Positions 1 to 10,339 of a DNA stretch of 64,000 nucleotides are shown here, piece after piece. Position 1 is the stretch's first letter. Each line of letters begins with the position of its first letter. Source of the DNA: an uncultured cyanobacterium (GTDB taxonomy: Bacteria; Cyanobacteriota; Cyanobacteriia; Cyanobacteriales; Cyanobacteriaceae); the NCBI GenBank assembly GCA_963749915.1, contig CAVVOP010000020.1, positions 192,001 through 256,000 of the forward strand, in the 5' to 3' direction. Both the position numbers and the translations under genes were made by a program. Below the pieces are notes generated by a model, which saw only the letters and a list, made by a program, of their open reading frames with translations, did not search any database and was not told the DNA's origin.

Positions 1-1095
1 GTTAATGCCCATTATTCTCATTCTTTCTCTAGACGCTTCTACATCCTTTTCGATAATTTCATAAGCATATATCTGGTTACAAAAATGAGCAAAAGCGGCT
101 GTACTCGACCCTGTACCAGAACCAATTTCCAGCATATCTTTACCTTGTAAATTAAAATGCTTTATTACCCAAGGTACATAGTGATACAAAGTATTATCGT
201 ATCTTAAAAATACATGATCATCTATATCTTTTTTTATTTCCTCACTTTCTAATCTTTCTTCATCTAATGATTGATAGTATGTTTTTTTTAAAGCTTGGGT
301 CATTTCTTCTCTTCGTGTTGAATCATCAAACTTATATTTAACTAACTCATTTTTTTTGATATTCAATGTTTTTTTGACTTGTGGAATATAATTAGGCATT
401 TTATTGCCCTTTTCTAAATCCCACCCATAGGATCGCACCCTTGTAGTTAAATAATGAGAAGGGAAAAACACTAAATCTGCATTTTCGCAGGAATATTGTT
501 CATAATGTGCCACTTGCCACAGCCATTCTGGATACTCAATATTATACTTTTCATTAGCCTCATAAATCCATTCATGACCACTGTGCATCGTCACTGCCAC
601 GGCACAATTATCCCCGAGAATATTAGTTTGTTTAGCTTGAAGACTATAATAACTAATACCTAACATGTCGTGGAACTCTATATATATTTTACTGTTAGGA
701 AATTGATGGCTAATAGCTTGGAGAAAGAATAAACAACCATAGCCTAAATAATCCACCCATTCAGAGGCAACAGAAGCTAAAATTTGATGGTGAAAAGAAG
801 ATAAATTAAGAGTTTTCCGAAGCTGGTTAGTAGTAAATATATGCTTAACTTCCTCTAATGCTGATTCTCCGAGATAATGGGATTCGGAATCACAAGAAAT
901 TAAGATAACATACCAACCCTGGGAATATAATTTTTTGGCTAAATTTTTATAATAAGTACCAACGCCTCCATTGCGAAAAATTCCTTCATATTCAGTGGTC
1001 GGTAACACTGCAATTTTTTGGGGATTTATATAAGGAAATAGACTTTTTATATCTGAATGAAAAGTAATAATATTTTTTTTATCAAGAGTATTCAC
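1..1095 (-). CDS. Glycosyltransferase family 4-like protein, 3' end runs off the window
   Basis: Not in the ORF track. Hand translation of the - strand from GTG at 1095 gives ...QKIAVLPTTEYEGIFRNGGVGTYY..., a GT-B/GT4 N-terminal motif. An in-frame stop lies upstream at 1132-1134. I translated only the 5' part; continuation to position 1 is assumed. Confidence 0.7.
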   Translation of the reverse strand, partial: MNTLDKKNIITFHSDIKSLFPYINPQKIAVLPTTEYEGIFRNGGVGTYYKNLAKKLYSQGWYVILISCDSESHYLGESALEEVKHIFTTNQLRKTLNLSSFHHQILASVASEWVDYLGYGCLFFLQAISHQFPNSKIYIEFHDMLGISYYSLQAKQTNILGDNCAVAVTMHSGHEWIYEANEKYNIEYPEWLWQVAHYEQYSCENADLVFFPSHYLTTRVRSYGWDLEKGNKMPNYIPQVKKTLNIKKNELVKYKFDDSTRREEMTQALKKTYYQSLDEERLESEEIKKDIDDHVFLRYDNTLYHYVPWVIKHFNLQGKDMLEIGSGTGSSTAAFAHFCNQIYAYEIIEKDVEASRERMRIMGIN

Positions 1096-1152
1096 AGCAT
1101 TTTTATGTAACTCAATATTAATAAGGGGATTTTACCATAGCAGGGAAGCATT

Positions 1153-1194
1153 AAAAAATCTCCGGTCCCATTTTTTCAGTTTAGGACTGGAGAT
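1153..1194 (-). terminator. Rho-independent terminator of the RTX protein gene
   Basis: Stem ATCTCCGGTCC (1158-1168) / GGACTGGAGAT (1184-1194), with an A-run at 1153-1158 giving a U-tract on the - strand, ~40 nt past the stop at 1232. Confidence 0.7.
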
Positions 1195-1231
1195 GTACAT
1201 CAATCAAAGTTCAGATCAGGCTAATTCGTTA

Positions 1232-2791
1232 CTAAACAAGTACAAACTCATCACTAGGTAGAATGCTATTTGGTTGTCCTGGTTCTAAACTTAAAGAAGT
1301 TTCAGTAATAGGATTAGAGGGAGTGAAACCACCGCTGTTATAAATGCCTATAGGCTGATTATCGGTTGAGCTCCCTAAGAAATTCCCCGTAGGACTGAAA
1401 TAAAGAGTGGTCAGATCATCCGCCGAATCTGGTGTTCCCTTAGTGTCAACAACCGACAGAAAACGATTATTCACAGTGGAAAAATCGGGAAAACCAGAAC
1501 CAGGGGGAACATTACTAATCAACTGGTAAAAATCAGCGAGTAATGCATCTTTTTGTTCTAAGGTAACTTGGGGAATATATTTAATATTATTCAAGTCGTT
1601 TCCAAAAGCAACTACATCAGTCAACTCTGCTGTAGTAAGAGGCCGGGTAATGGCAGTTCCAGGAATAATGTCAAACTGGGCAGCTAACCCTTTGATACTA
1701 GTATTTACACCAATGGAAGGACCTGCAGGAAATTGAGATCCATCAATAAGGAAAAACTCAGTTACCCCTGATAACAAACCAAACTTAGTACGAGAAATGG
1801 TGACGGTAGGGGGTCCAGGGGGGGTTTGAGCGGAAACAGTTAGACCACCGGCAATAGCTGCTGTTAGTAGCCCCTGCACTCCTGCTATCTCCGAGGGAGT
1901 ACCTGTTACAGTGAGACCACCAGTACCGGTTATGCTGGTTATACCTGCACTAGTAATCTCTGAAGCCGTAATGATTGCCGCAGCACCGGAATCAATCTCA
2001 AGGGTTGAAATATTATTCAAACTGGTGCTAGACAAGTCATTATTACCTGAAATTTCCAAGACTGAATCACCTTCGGGGGGTGTAGCAAAACTTGGATTTT
2101 GGCCACCATAAAGTGTGAGATCAGCCGTAGCGGCTCCTTCATTCAATACAATTCTATTGTTTCCCAGGTCTCCAGATATGATAACTGGTCCGCTTGTGTT
2201 GTTAACAATGATTAAATCGTCGCCTTGACCACCGTAAACTGTATCATTATTTCCGTCGTTGATAGTAATGGTGTCATTTTCGTTGTCAGCAGCAATCAGA
2301 TTATTAGACGACGACTCGACGAAGATCTGATCGGAATCTTTACCGCCACGAACTTCGTTGTTATTGCCATTGACAGTAATATAATCAAGTCCCGTATTTC
2401 CATTGACGAAGTTTCCATCGCTATTAATGGAGATAGTATCCTGTGATTTTCCTCCATAAACTTCACTATCAGGATGGTTTATGGTTATAAAGTCATTTCC
2501 ATCATTAGCACTGACGAAGTCAGGTCCAGCACCAATAGTAATGATGTCATTTCCTTGCCCACCATAGACGGTATCGAGACCTTCCCCACCATCGAGGGTG
2601 TCATCACCTTGATTACCCAAAAGAGAATCATCACCGGCCAAGCCATTGATTTCATCCCCGAAATTTGTACCAACAACGGTATCATTACCAGCTAAAGCGT
2701 CGGCTAAAACACCATCTGTTAAATCAGGTAATAAACTGGGATCCCACAAATCAGGGCCGTCTGTAAAAGTTGTAATTGTAGTTAGTGCCAT
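1232..2791 (-). CDS. RTX/hemolysin-type Ca-binding repeat protein, probably T1SS-secreted surface or S-layer-like
   Basis: Many GGxGxDxLx nonapeptides (GLAGDDSLL, GNQGDDTLD, GGEGLDTVY, GGQGNDIIT); acidic and Gly/Thr-rich; no signal peptide; C-terminal DEFVLV resembles a T1SS terminus. Confidence 0.8.
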   Translation of the reverse strand: MALTTITTFTDGPDLWDPSLLPDLTDGVLADALAGNDTVVGTNFGDEINGLAGDDSLLGNQGDDTLDGGEGLDTVYGGQGNDIITIGAGPDFVSANDGNDFITINHPDSEVYGGKSQDTISINSDGNFVNGNTGLDYITVNGNNNEVRGGKDSDQIFVESSSNNLIAADNENDTITINDGNNDTVYGGQGDDLIIVNNTSGPVIISGDLGNNRIVLNEGAATADLTLYGGQNPSFATPPEGDSVLEISGNNDLSSTSLNNISTLEIDSGAAAIITASEITSAGITSITGTGGLTVTGTPSEIAGVQGLLTAAIAGGLTVSAQTPPGPPTVTISRTKFGLLSGVTEFFLIDGSQFPAGPSIGVNTSIKGLAAQFDIIPGTAITRPLTTAELTDVVAFGNDLNNIKYIPQVTLEQKDALLADFYQLISNVPPGSGFPDFSTVNNRFLSVVDTKGTPDSADDLTTLYFSPTGNFLGSSTDNQPIGIYNSGGFTPSNPITETSLSLEPGQPNSILPSDEFVLV

Positions 2792-3005
2792 TTTATACTC
2801 CTATACCATGGAATTAGTTAACAAAATACGAAACATATTATTAAAATAGCGAACATTCACCATTGCTCATAAAACAATACTATACAGCATAATAATGATT
2901 AATTGTTAAGAAACAATGTTTTCGTCGTTATTTTTTAATGAATGTTATCTTAGTTTAGATAATAAAGCAAATTTTTAAAATTAGATCTTTTTTATTTTTT
3001 TTTTT

Positions 3006-4430
3006 ATGGATACTCATTTGCCACAAGCTCTTATTGTAACAGGGATGCATCGTTCTGGTACTTCTCTTTTATCCTCGTTACTCCAAAGTGCAGGAGTAAA
3101 TATTGGCCAAAAATTGGTTCCTGGGAATGACGGCAATCCTAAAGGTTATTTTGAAAATGCTGATTTTGTCAATTTTCATGAAAGTATCTTATTTTCTTTA
3201 GGTATTAATACAATTGGTTGGACTACCCAAGAACAAATTGTTCCACCTCTAAGTTATGCTGAGGAGGCACAAAGATTAATTGAGGAAAATCAGGATTTAG
3301 AAAGGCCTTGGGGATGGAAAGAACCGAGAACCACTCTTTTTCTCGATTTTTGGTCAGACTTATTACCTTCAGCCTATTTTATCTTCGTTTATCGATCCCC
3401 TTGGGAAGTTCTTGACTCTTTGTATAGGAGAGGAGATGATATTTTTCATCACAATCCTGAATTGGCTTTACAGGCTTGGAGTAGTTATAATCGGCAAATT
3501 TTACGTTTTTATCAAGCACACCCAGAAAAATGCCTATTATTTAATTTGGAGAAAGTCACGGCCAATCCCGATCATTTGATAGAGATGATTAACGGCAAAT
3601 TTAATTTATCTCTCCCACCGGTGGATTCTAGTATCTATGATGCTTCTTCTTTAAAAACGGACACCAGAAAATCTCAACGCCCTCATCTTTTAAAAATCTA
3701 TTTTCCGCAAATATGGGAACAATATCAAGAATTGAATACCATTACCGATTTTCACGATGCTTGTGTTGAGGCCGTAGAAAATTTATCTGATAATGCTTGG
3801 GTTTTGCAGGATTGGTTGAATGTCAGGGTTTTAGAAAAAAGGCTAAAACAAGAGAAGAAGTTTAGCGATGAGCATATACATTCTGTTTATCAAAAATTAG
3901 GGGAAACCACCGGGGAAAAAGAAGCTTTAGAGTTTCGGTTACAGCAATCTCAACAGGAATTAAATAATACTCAATCTCAGTTACAAGATAAGCAACAGGA
4001 GTTACAAAATACTCAGTCTCAGCTACAAGATAAGGAGCAAGAATTACATGACACTCAATATCAGCTACAAGCCCGTTTAGAACAAATCCAAGAGGAGTTG
4101 CAAGCTCGTTTAGAACAGATCCAAGAGGAGTTGCATAACACTCAATCTCATTTACAACAGACTCAACAGGAATTGCAAGATAAAAAATATGAATTACAAC
4201 AAGGGGATTTGAGGTTTAAGGAGTTACATTTTTATTTCGAGCGTTCTCAGGAAGAATTAAAACAAACTCAGGATAAACTGGCGGACATAGGCGTAAATCT
4301 CCAAGAAAAAGAAGAAGAGTTACGACATAGTCAAGAGAAAATTGTATCAATGGAAACTACTAAATTTTGGCAAATGAGGCAGCGGTGGTTTAAAATTAAA
4401 CGATCTTTAGGTATGGTAAAACAGGAATAG
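3006..4430 (+). CDS. Sulfotransferase-family protein with long C-terminal coiled coil
   Basis: N-terminal GMHRSGTS PAPS/P-loop motif, WGWKEPR and YRSPWEV; Q/E/L-rich repeat coiled coil; basic-aromatic terminal helix (TTKFWQMRQRWFKIKRSLG). Confidence 0.8.
   Translation: MDTHLPQALIVTGMHRSGTSLLSSLLQSAGVNIGQKLVPGNDGNPKGYFENADFVNFHESILFSLGINTIGWTTQEQIVPPLSYAEEAQRLIEENQDLERPWGWKEPRTTLFLDFWSDLLPSAYFIFVYRSPWEVLDSLYRRGDDIFHHNPELALQAWSSYNRQILRFYQAHPEKCLLFNLEKVTANPDHLIEMINGKFNLSLPPVDSSIYDASSLKTDTRKSQRPHLLKIYFPQIWEQYQELNTITDFHDACVEAVENLSDNAWVLQDWLNVRVLEKRLKQEKKFSDEHIHSVYQKLGETTGEKEALEFRLQQSQQELNNTQSQLQDKQQELQNTQSQLQDKEQELHDTQYQLQARLEQIQEELQARLEQIQEELHNTQSHLQQTQQELQDKKYELQQGDLRFKELHFYFERSQEELKQTQDKLADIGVNLQEKEEELRHSQEKIVSMETTKFWQMRQRWFKIKRSLGMVKQE
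3951..4130 (+). repeat. Intragenic tandem repeats (42-bp units x~3, then 33-bp unit x2) encoding the coiled coil
   Basis: Protein repeats QQELNNTQSQLQDK / QQELQNTQSQLQDK / EQELHDTQYQLQAR and LQARLEQIQEE x2, also visible at DNA level. Confidence 0.85.
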
Positions 4431-4448
4431 AGTTAAATTCTAATTATT

Positions 4449-5150
4449 ATGACTGAAAATAGCAAAAGTATTGATTATGAGAAGGATTGGGATCAATACG
4501 CTCAAAACTGGTCTAATCTTCATCAAGATAAAAAATATATTGGCGATGAGTGGATTGGCAAGGAAGCGGGGGCGGCTAAAAGTTTAGACGAATATGTTCA
4601 ATTAATTGAACATAAATTTATAGCCCCTTACATCAAACTTCATCATCATGTTTTAGAAATTGGCATCGGCGGAGGACGTACGGCAGAAATTTTGCTCAAA
4701 TATTGCGATCTCTTAACCTGTGCGGATATTGCCGTGGAAATGTTAGAAGCAACAAAGCAACGCATAGGAGAAGAAAAGGTAAATTATATTAAACTAGATG
4801 GTGTAACCCTGGATAACATCAAACCTAATTCTTTGGATGTTTGTTTTTGTTATGACACGATGGTACACTTAGAACCAAGAGACATTTTTAATTATTTGAC
4901 CCGTATTCCATCACTGTTAAAAGACGATAAACTGTGCATTTTTCATCATACAAACATTCTCAGTGAATTGGGCTGGAAAAGATTTCTCAAAGATTGGGAT
5001 AAACATCTATTAGGCAGACACGGTACTGCTTTTTCCGTCATGACAGATAATATTATGGAGCGGTTTTTAACCCATTTAGGCTATAAAATTATCCTAAAAG
5101 ATGTCGAATCGGTACCGAGGGATTGTGTGTGGATTTGTCAAGCACCTTAA
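4449..5150 (+). CDS. Class I SAM-dependent methyltransferase
   Basis: Motif I VLEIGIGGGR, acidic DIA motif, and DVCFCYDTMVHL. Confidence 0.8.
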   Translation: MTENSKSIDYEKDWDQYAQNWSNLHQDKKYIGDEWIGKEAGAAKSLDEYVQLIEHKFIAPYIKLHHHVLEIGIGGGRTAEILLKYCDLLTCADIAVEMLEATKQRIGEEKVNYIKLDGVTLDNIKPNSLDVCFCYDTMVHLEPRDIFNYLTRIPSLLKDDKLCIFHHTNILSELGWKRFLKDWDKHLLGRHGTAFSVMTDNIMERFLTHLGYKIILKDVESVPRDCVWICQAP

Positions 5151-5259
5151 CAATTGATAATTGATAATTGACAATGGATCATTTTCGACATTCCATCGAT
5201 TGGGGATTGTCCACAATTTGCTGGGGTGGTTTTTAACAATTAAAAGAATAAAAATTGTC

Positions 5260-6054
5260 ATGAAAAGACCGGATTTTTTAATCATTGGAGTACAAAGAGG
5301 AGGTACAAGTTCCCTATTTCGTTATTTAATGGAACACCCTCAAATTGCCCCTCCAGTGGATAAAGAAGTGCATTTTTTTGACCTAAATTATCAAAAGGGA
5401 TGGGATTGGTATTTACAACAATTTTCTCTTTTTAATGGTGAATATCAGCAAAAAATTGACTCCCCCGGAAAGATTATTACTGGTGAAGCTAGTCCTTATT
5501 ACATTTATCATCCTTTAGTAGCTCAAAGAGTAAAACAATATTGTCCTGATGTTAAATTGATTTTTTTATTACGAGATCCAGTGGATCGAGCTATTTCCCA
5601 TTATCATCATTGTATCCGTTTTAAACTAGAAACTTTATCCTTATATGAAGCCTTAAAATTAGAAAAAGATCGCCTTAAAGGAGAATCGGAAAAATTTACA
5701 ATGGATGAAAATTACTATAGCTATAATCATCAACATTTAGCCTATATATCGAGAGGTAGATATATAGAACAATTAAAGCATTGGCGACAATATTTTTCAG
5801 CTGAACAATTTTTAATATTGCAAAGTGAAAAATTCTATAAAAATCCGACACAAACCCTCAACAAAGTAACTGATTTTTTAGTAATAGATAACTATAAATT
5901 AACGGAATATTATCCCCATAATCAGTATGAATATCCCGAAACATCCCCATCAATAATAAAACAGTTGAAAGCTTATTTTACTCCTTATAATCACCAATTA
6001 TATCAATATTTAGATGAAGAATTTTGTTTTAAAGATGAAGTAATTTTTAACTAA
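5260..6054 (+). CDS. Sulfotransferase (Sulfotransfer_1 type)
   Basis: Likely start MKRPDF at 5260 (track starts at 5161). Motifs: PDFLIIGVQRGGTSSL (5'-PSB), KEVHFFD, GEASPYY, LRDPVDRAISHY (3'-PB). Confidence 0.85.
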   Translation: MKRPDFLIIGVQRGGTSSLFRYLMEHPQIAPPVDKEVHFFDLNYQKGWDWYLQQFSLFNGEYQQKIDSPGKIITGEASPYYIYHPLVAQRVKQYCPDVKLIFLLRDPVDRAISHYHHCIRFKLETLSLYEALKLEKDRLKGESEKFTMDENYYSYNHQHLAYISRGRYIEQLKHWRQYFSAEQFLILQSEKFYKNPTQTLNKVTDFLVIDNYKLTEYYPHNQYEYPETSPSIIKQLKAYFTPYNHQLYQYLDEEFCFKDEVIFN

Positions 6055-6100
6055 TTTAATAATTAAGTTTGAATATTTTTGGTAAAGTTAATATTTTTTT

Positions 6101-7195
6101 ATGGCAATTAAACGATCGTCTTCTGAAAATAAATCCTCCCCTGTCCCTCAACAGAGGAAAAATAAATCCGTTATTCCTAAGTCGGCATTATCGGAAGATG
6201 ATAACATTTTGTTGCCTACGGAAATTAGGGAGGATTTAGGGGAAAATGAGGATAAGATTCGCCCCCATCGTCTTGGTGATTATATCGGGCAAAAGGATCT
6301 TAAGGAAGTGATCATCATCGCTATTCAAGCAGCTAAACAGAGAAAAGACCCTTTAGATCATATTTTATTCTATGGGCCTCCTGGATTGGGCAAAACCACC
6401 ATGTCATTGATTTTGGCACAGGAAATGGGGGTAAGTTGTAAAATTACGGCGGCCCCTGCATTAGAAAGACCTAGGGATATTACAGGGTTATTAGTTAGTC
6501 TTAAACTCGGGGATATTCTCTTTATTGACGAAATTCACCGTTTAAATCGGGTGACGGAAGAATTGCTTTATCCGGCGATGGAAGATTGTCGTTTAGATGT
6601 TACTATCGGCAAGGGACAATCGGCAAAAATTCGTAGTATTCCGCTATCTCCTTTTACCCTTATTGGTGCTACCACAAAAATTGGTTCGTTAACTTCTCCG
6701 TTGCGCGACCGTTTTGGCTTGATTCAACGGTTGCAATTTTACGATGTGGATGAACTTACGGAAATTATACTGCGATCGGCTACTATTTTAAAGTTAGATA
6801 TTGATCAAGGTGGTGCGGAAGAAATAGCTCGTAGATCAAGGGGAACACCAAGAATTAGTAACCGGTTATTACGCAGGGTGAGGGATTATGTGCAAGTAAA
6901 ACATCAATCTAGTATTAATCAACTGTTGGCGGCAGAAGCGTTGGATTTACATAATGTCGATCGTTTGGGATTGGATTGGACTGATAGACTTGTATTATCA
7001 ACGATTATCGATCAATTTAAGGGTGGTCCCGTAGGCTTGGATGCGATCGCAGCTGCTACAGGGGAAGATGCTAAAACTATTGAGGAGGTCTATGAGCCTT
7101 ATTTATTACAAATCGGTTTTATTAATCGTACCACAAGGGGGCGGGTTATCACCGATAAGGCTTATCAACACTTAAGAATAATTGATCATACCTGA
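6101..7195 (+). CDS. ruvB: Holliday junction branch migration helicase RuvB
   Basis: [41 protein letters not shown]. Confidence 0.97.
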   Translation: MAIKRSSSENKSSPVPQQRKNKSVIPKSALSEDDNILLPTEIREDLGENEDKIRPHRLGDYIGQKDLKEVIIIAIQAAKQRKDPLDHILFYGPPGLGKTTMSLILAQEMGVSCKITAAPALERPRDITGLLVSLKLGDILFIDEIHRLNRVTEELLYPAMEDCRLDVTIGKGQSAKIRSIPLSPFTLIGATTKIGSLTSPLRDRFGLIQRLQFYDVDELTEIILRSATILKLDIDQGGAEEIARRSRGTPRISNRLLRRVRDYVQVKHQSSINQLLAAEALDLHNVDRLGLDWTDRLVLSTIIDQFKGGPVGLDAIAAATGEDAKTIEEVYEPYLLQIGFINRTTRGRVITDKAYQHLRIIDHT

Positions 7196-7303
7196 GTTTC
7201 CAGTTCGCAGTTAGTGTATAACCTTAGTAGGATTGAATTAGCTAAAATTAGAGAAAAAAGACGATTAAATTTTTTTTAGAACTTTATTAATGAGGTTTAG
7301 TAA

Positions 7304-9769
7304 TTGGTGATTAATAATTACAGTGATGAAGATAAATTTATTGTTACCGAATTATTAGATACTAAAGGGGAAAAAGGAGAGTTTTTTGTTTGGGAAATAG
7401 TCAAGAAAGTATTTAAAAATAGAGTTTGTTTAGCTTATTGGCGTTACCCTATCTTTTTAGAAAAAGGTAACAGAAAAGAAGTAGATATTCTGGTTATTGA
7501 TCAACAATTGGGCTTAATTATTATTGAAATAAAGTCTCTAAAAATAGAGCAAATTATGAGCATTAATGGACACCTTTGGCAATATCAAAATTTTTATACT
7601 AATAGTGGAAATCCTTATCAACAAGGAGAAAATCAGTTATTTAATCTGTTGGAATATGTTAAAAATGAGCCCAATTTACATCAAAAAGTAACAGGGAAAG
7701 TTTTCATTGCTTTACCCTATATTCAGGAAGAGGAATGGCGAAAAAAAGGTTTTGAGCAATTACCCAGTAATCCGCCAATTATTTTTCAAAATGAGTTAGG
7801 AGAATCAAGGCTATTTTTAGATAAATTGGTCAGAATTCCGCCAGCGGTATCAGGTAATAATTTAGATAAAAAACAATGGAATTTATTATTAGCAATTATC
7901 GCAGGAAAACAAGTATTAGATACACCTAAATATCGAGTTTTAAGTAAAGATAATACCAAGGGAAAAATTTTACAAGAGTTAGCAAGTTATTCTCACCAAC
8001 TAGATTTAAAACAAGAAAAAATTGTCAAAGAAATTAGCAATAATATTGAAGAAATTAGAGGAGTCGCTGGTTCAGGAAAAACCGTTATTTTATGTCAAAA
8101 GGCCGCCTATTTACATTTAAAATATCCCCATTGGAAAATTGCGATCGTATTTTTTACCCGTAGTTTATATGAGCAAATTATTTTGTTAATTGATAAGTGG
8201 TTAAAATATTTTAGTCAGGGGAAAGTTAGGTATCATAAGTATAATAAAAATTTATTAATTTTGCACGGTTGGGGTTCAAAAAATCAGGAGGGTTTATATA
8301 GTTTAATTTGTAAAAAAGTCAAGGGGACAAAGTTAAGGGTAAATGATACTAATAGTCAATCACCGAATGAGGCATTAGGGGAAGCTTGTTACTATTTATT
8401 AAAAACCAGAAAAATCCCCGCTTTATTTGATGTGGTTTTGATAGATGAGGCACAAGATTTTGTTTCTCAGAAGTGGATATATGAAGCAAAACAGCCTTTT
8501 TTTTGGTTAGTTTATCAAAGTTTAAAGAGTAGCAATACCTTGGATAACTCGCAAAAGAGGTTAATTTATGCCTATGATGAAATGCAATGTTTAAATGATG
8601 GGTTAACTTTGACTGCCTTTGATTTATTCGGGGAAAATTCTGCTAAAAAATTGTTGACAAGTATTTTTGCCCATAGTTATCGCACTCCCGATAGGATTTT
8701 AAATACAGCTTTCGCTATTAATATGGGATGGTTAAGATATTTGGGTGTTTTAACAATGATTAATGATCAGAAAAGTTGGCAAGACATCGGTTATAAGTTA
8801 ACGGGAAAAGTGGCAGATGGGGAAACTATTACTATCAAGAAAAAAGCCTCTTTTTTACCACATCCGTTAAGTAAATTTTATCAAGGAGAAGTTATTACGT
8901 TTAAGACATTTTATTCTCGTCAACAGGAATTAAATTATTTAGGCGAAAAAATTTTAACTAATCTTCGATACGATGGTTTACGCCCAACAAAACAAATTTT
9001 GGTTATTATTTTAGGTAACAGCTATTTTGTGAAAGAATTACAGAGTCAATGCCAAGAAATTTTACAAAAAAAAGCCATAGAAGTGTTTATTCCTCATAAA
9101 AATAACCCGAATAAATTTTGGGAAGAAGGAATGATTACCGTTACGGGAATTCATCAGGCCAAGGGGAATGAAGCCGAGATGGTTTATCTTATAGCCTTAG
9201 ATCAAGTAGCCAAAGAAGAGAGTAATCTTGGTTTGAGAAATCAATTATTTGTAGCCTTAACTCGTAGTAAAGCATGGGTTAATATTAGTGGCGTTGGTAA
9301 TTATGTTATGTATGATGAGTTGAAAAAAGTGTTGACTTGTGATGGTAGTTTTACTTTTACCTTGCGTCACCAGCCATTAAAGATTATAAAACTTAGTGAA
9401 AAAGAAAAGCTAATAGATAATTTTGCCTTGGGATGTAGAGATTTTCAACATATCGACTTATCGGGAGAAAACTTGGAGAATCTTTCTTTGAATAAAATCA
9501 ACTTAATTGGGAGTAATTTACAGGGAGTGAATTTTCAAGGTGCTAGTTTACAAAAAGGGAAATTAATCAATACCGACTTGAAAGATAGTAATTTTAGTCA
9601 AGCCAACTTATGCCATTGTAAGTTAATGGGTGCCAATCTCACGGGGGTAAATTTCTCCAGGGCAAATCTTCGGGGTGCGGATTTTTCCAATGCTATTCTT
9701 TCCAACACTAATTTTACGGAAGCAGATTTAACCGATACTATTTTCGATGAGGAATTCTATGATAATTAA
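7304..9769 (+). CDS. NERD nuclease / SF1 (UvrD-like) helicase / pentapeptide-repeat fusion
   Basis: EVDILVID...IIEIKS (NERD/PD-(D/E)xK); GVAGSGKT, LIDEAQD, TGIHQAKGNE, FVALTRSK; C-terminal A(N/D)Lxx pentapeptides. Confidence 0.8.
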   Translation: MVINNYSDEDKFIVTELLDTKGEKGEFFVWEIVKKVFKNRVCLAYWRYPIFLEKGNRKEVDILVIDQQLGLIIIEIKSLKIEQIMSINGHLWQYQNFYTNSGNPYQQGENQLFNLLEYVKNEPNLHQKVTGKVFIALPYIQEEEWRKKGFEQLPSNPPIIFQNELGESRLFLDKLVRIPPAVSGNNLDKKQWNLLLAIIAGKQVLDTPKYRVLSKDNTKGKILQELASYSHQLDLKQEKIVKEISNNIEEIRGVAGSGKTVILCQKAAYLHLKYPHWKIAIVFFTRSLYEQIILLIDKWLKYFSQGKVRYHKYNKNLLILHGWGSKNQEGLYSLICKKVKGTKLRVNDTNSQSPNEALGEACYYLLKTRKIPALFDVVLIDEAQDFVSQKWIYEAKQPFFWLVYQSLKSSNTLDNSQKRLIYAYDEMQCLNDGLTLTAFDLFGENSAKKLLTSIFAHSYRTPDRILNTAFAINMGWLRYLGVLTMINDQKSWQDIGYKLTGKVADGETITIKKKASFLPHPLSKFYQGEVITFKTFYSRQQELNYLGEKILTNLRYDGLRPTKQILVIILGNSYFVKELQSQCQEILQKKAIEVFIPHKNNPNKFWEEGMITVTGIHQAKGNEAEMVYLIALDQVAKEESNLGLRNQLFVALTRSKAWVNISGVGNYVMYDELKKVLTCDGSFTFTLRHQPLKIIKLSEKEKLIDNFALGCRDFQHIDLSGENLENLSLNKINLIGSNLQGVNFQGASLQKGKLINTDLKDSNFSQANLCHCKLMGANLTGVNFSRANLRGADFSNAILSNTNFTEADLTDTIFDEEFYDN

Positions 9770-9825
9770 TTAACAATACTAATCGATTTTGGTATTACCG
9801 AATAAAAAAGAGATCGGAAAGAAGT

Positions 9826-10065
9826 CTATGATTTCTCCTTAACTTTAACAGTTTTAGGAGATAAAACAGGAATAGGAATACAGAGTAAAGCTAATAATGC
9901 TAATATGTGTACTGACCAATGGGCGATCGCCAACCCCCAGATTAGGAATATAACAGCAGTAAAAAGGGCTAAAACTAGATAAATTTCCTGGTTAGTATGT
10001 TGGTATAGAAAGACACTAACGATAGTGGTTAAGAGTAGCAGTGTTATAAATAAAGGAATCATCAT
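9826..10065 (-). CDS. Small integral membrane protein, hypothetical
   Basis: Three hydrophobic segments. ATG at 10065 preferred over the track TTG at 10098. Confidence 0.55.
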   Translation of the reverse strand: MMIPLFITLLLLTTIVSVFLYQHTNQEIYLVLALFTAVIFLIWGLAIAHWSVHILALLALLCIPIPVLSPKTVKVKEKS

Positions 10066-10339
10066 AATAGTCACCTTAAAAATCTGGGGGTGGAACAATG
10101 CGACATCTAAAGGTTATTAATTAAACTATTTATTATTAGATAAAGTTATCTATTCTATCCAGTAATAATTTTGTCATGGTCATTATTGCTAGCCTCGATT
10201 ATCAAGCTAACATTTTTTACTATATTTCACTGTTAAATAAGATAGTTGTCGTTACATTGTTGCAAAAGTTTATATTTCTTTATATTTTGCTAATAGTTTC
10301 AACCTATTGTAACACTAATGTTTTGTAGGGACTGTCCAA

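Noticed and set aside
1911..2849. Short ORFs overlapping the RTX gene
   Set aside because: Antisense or alternative-frame shadows of a well-supported gene.
2988..3005. Poly-T run before the sulfotransferase start as a phase-variation tract
   Set aside because: Non-coding, and T-runs before start codons are common in this AT-rich sequence.
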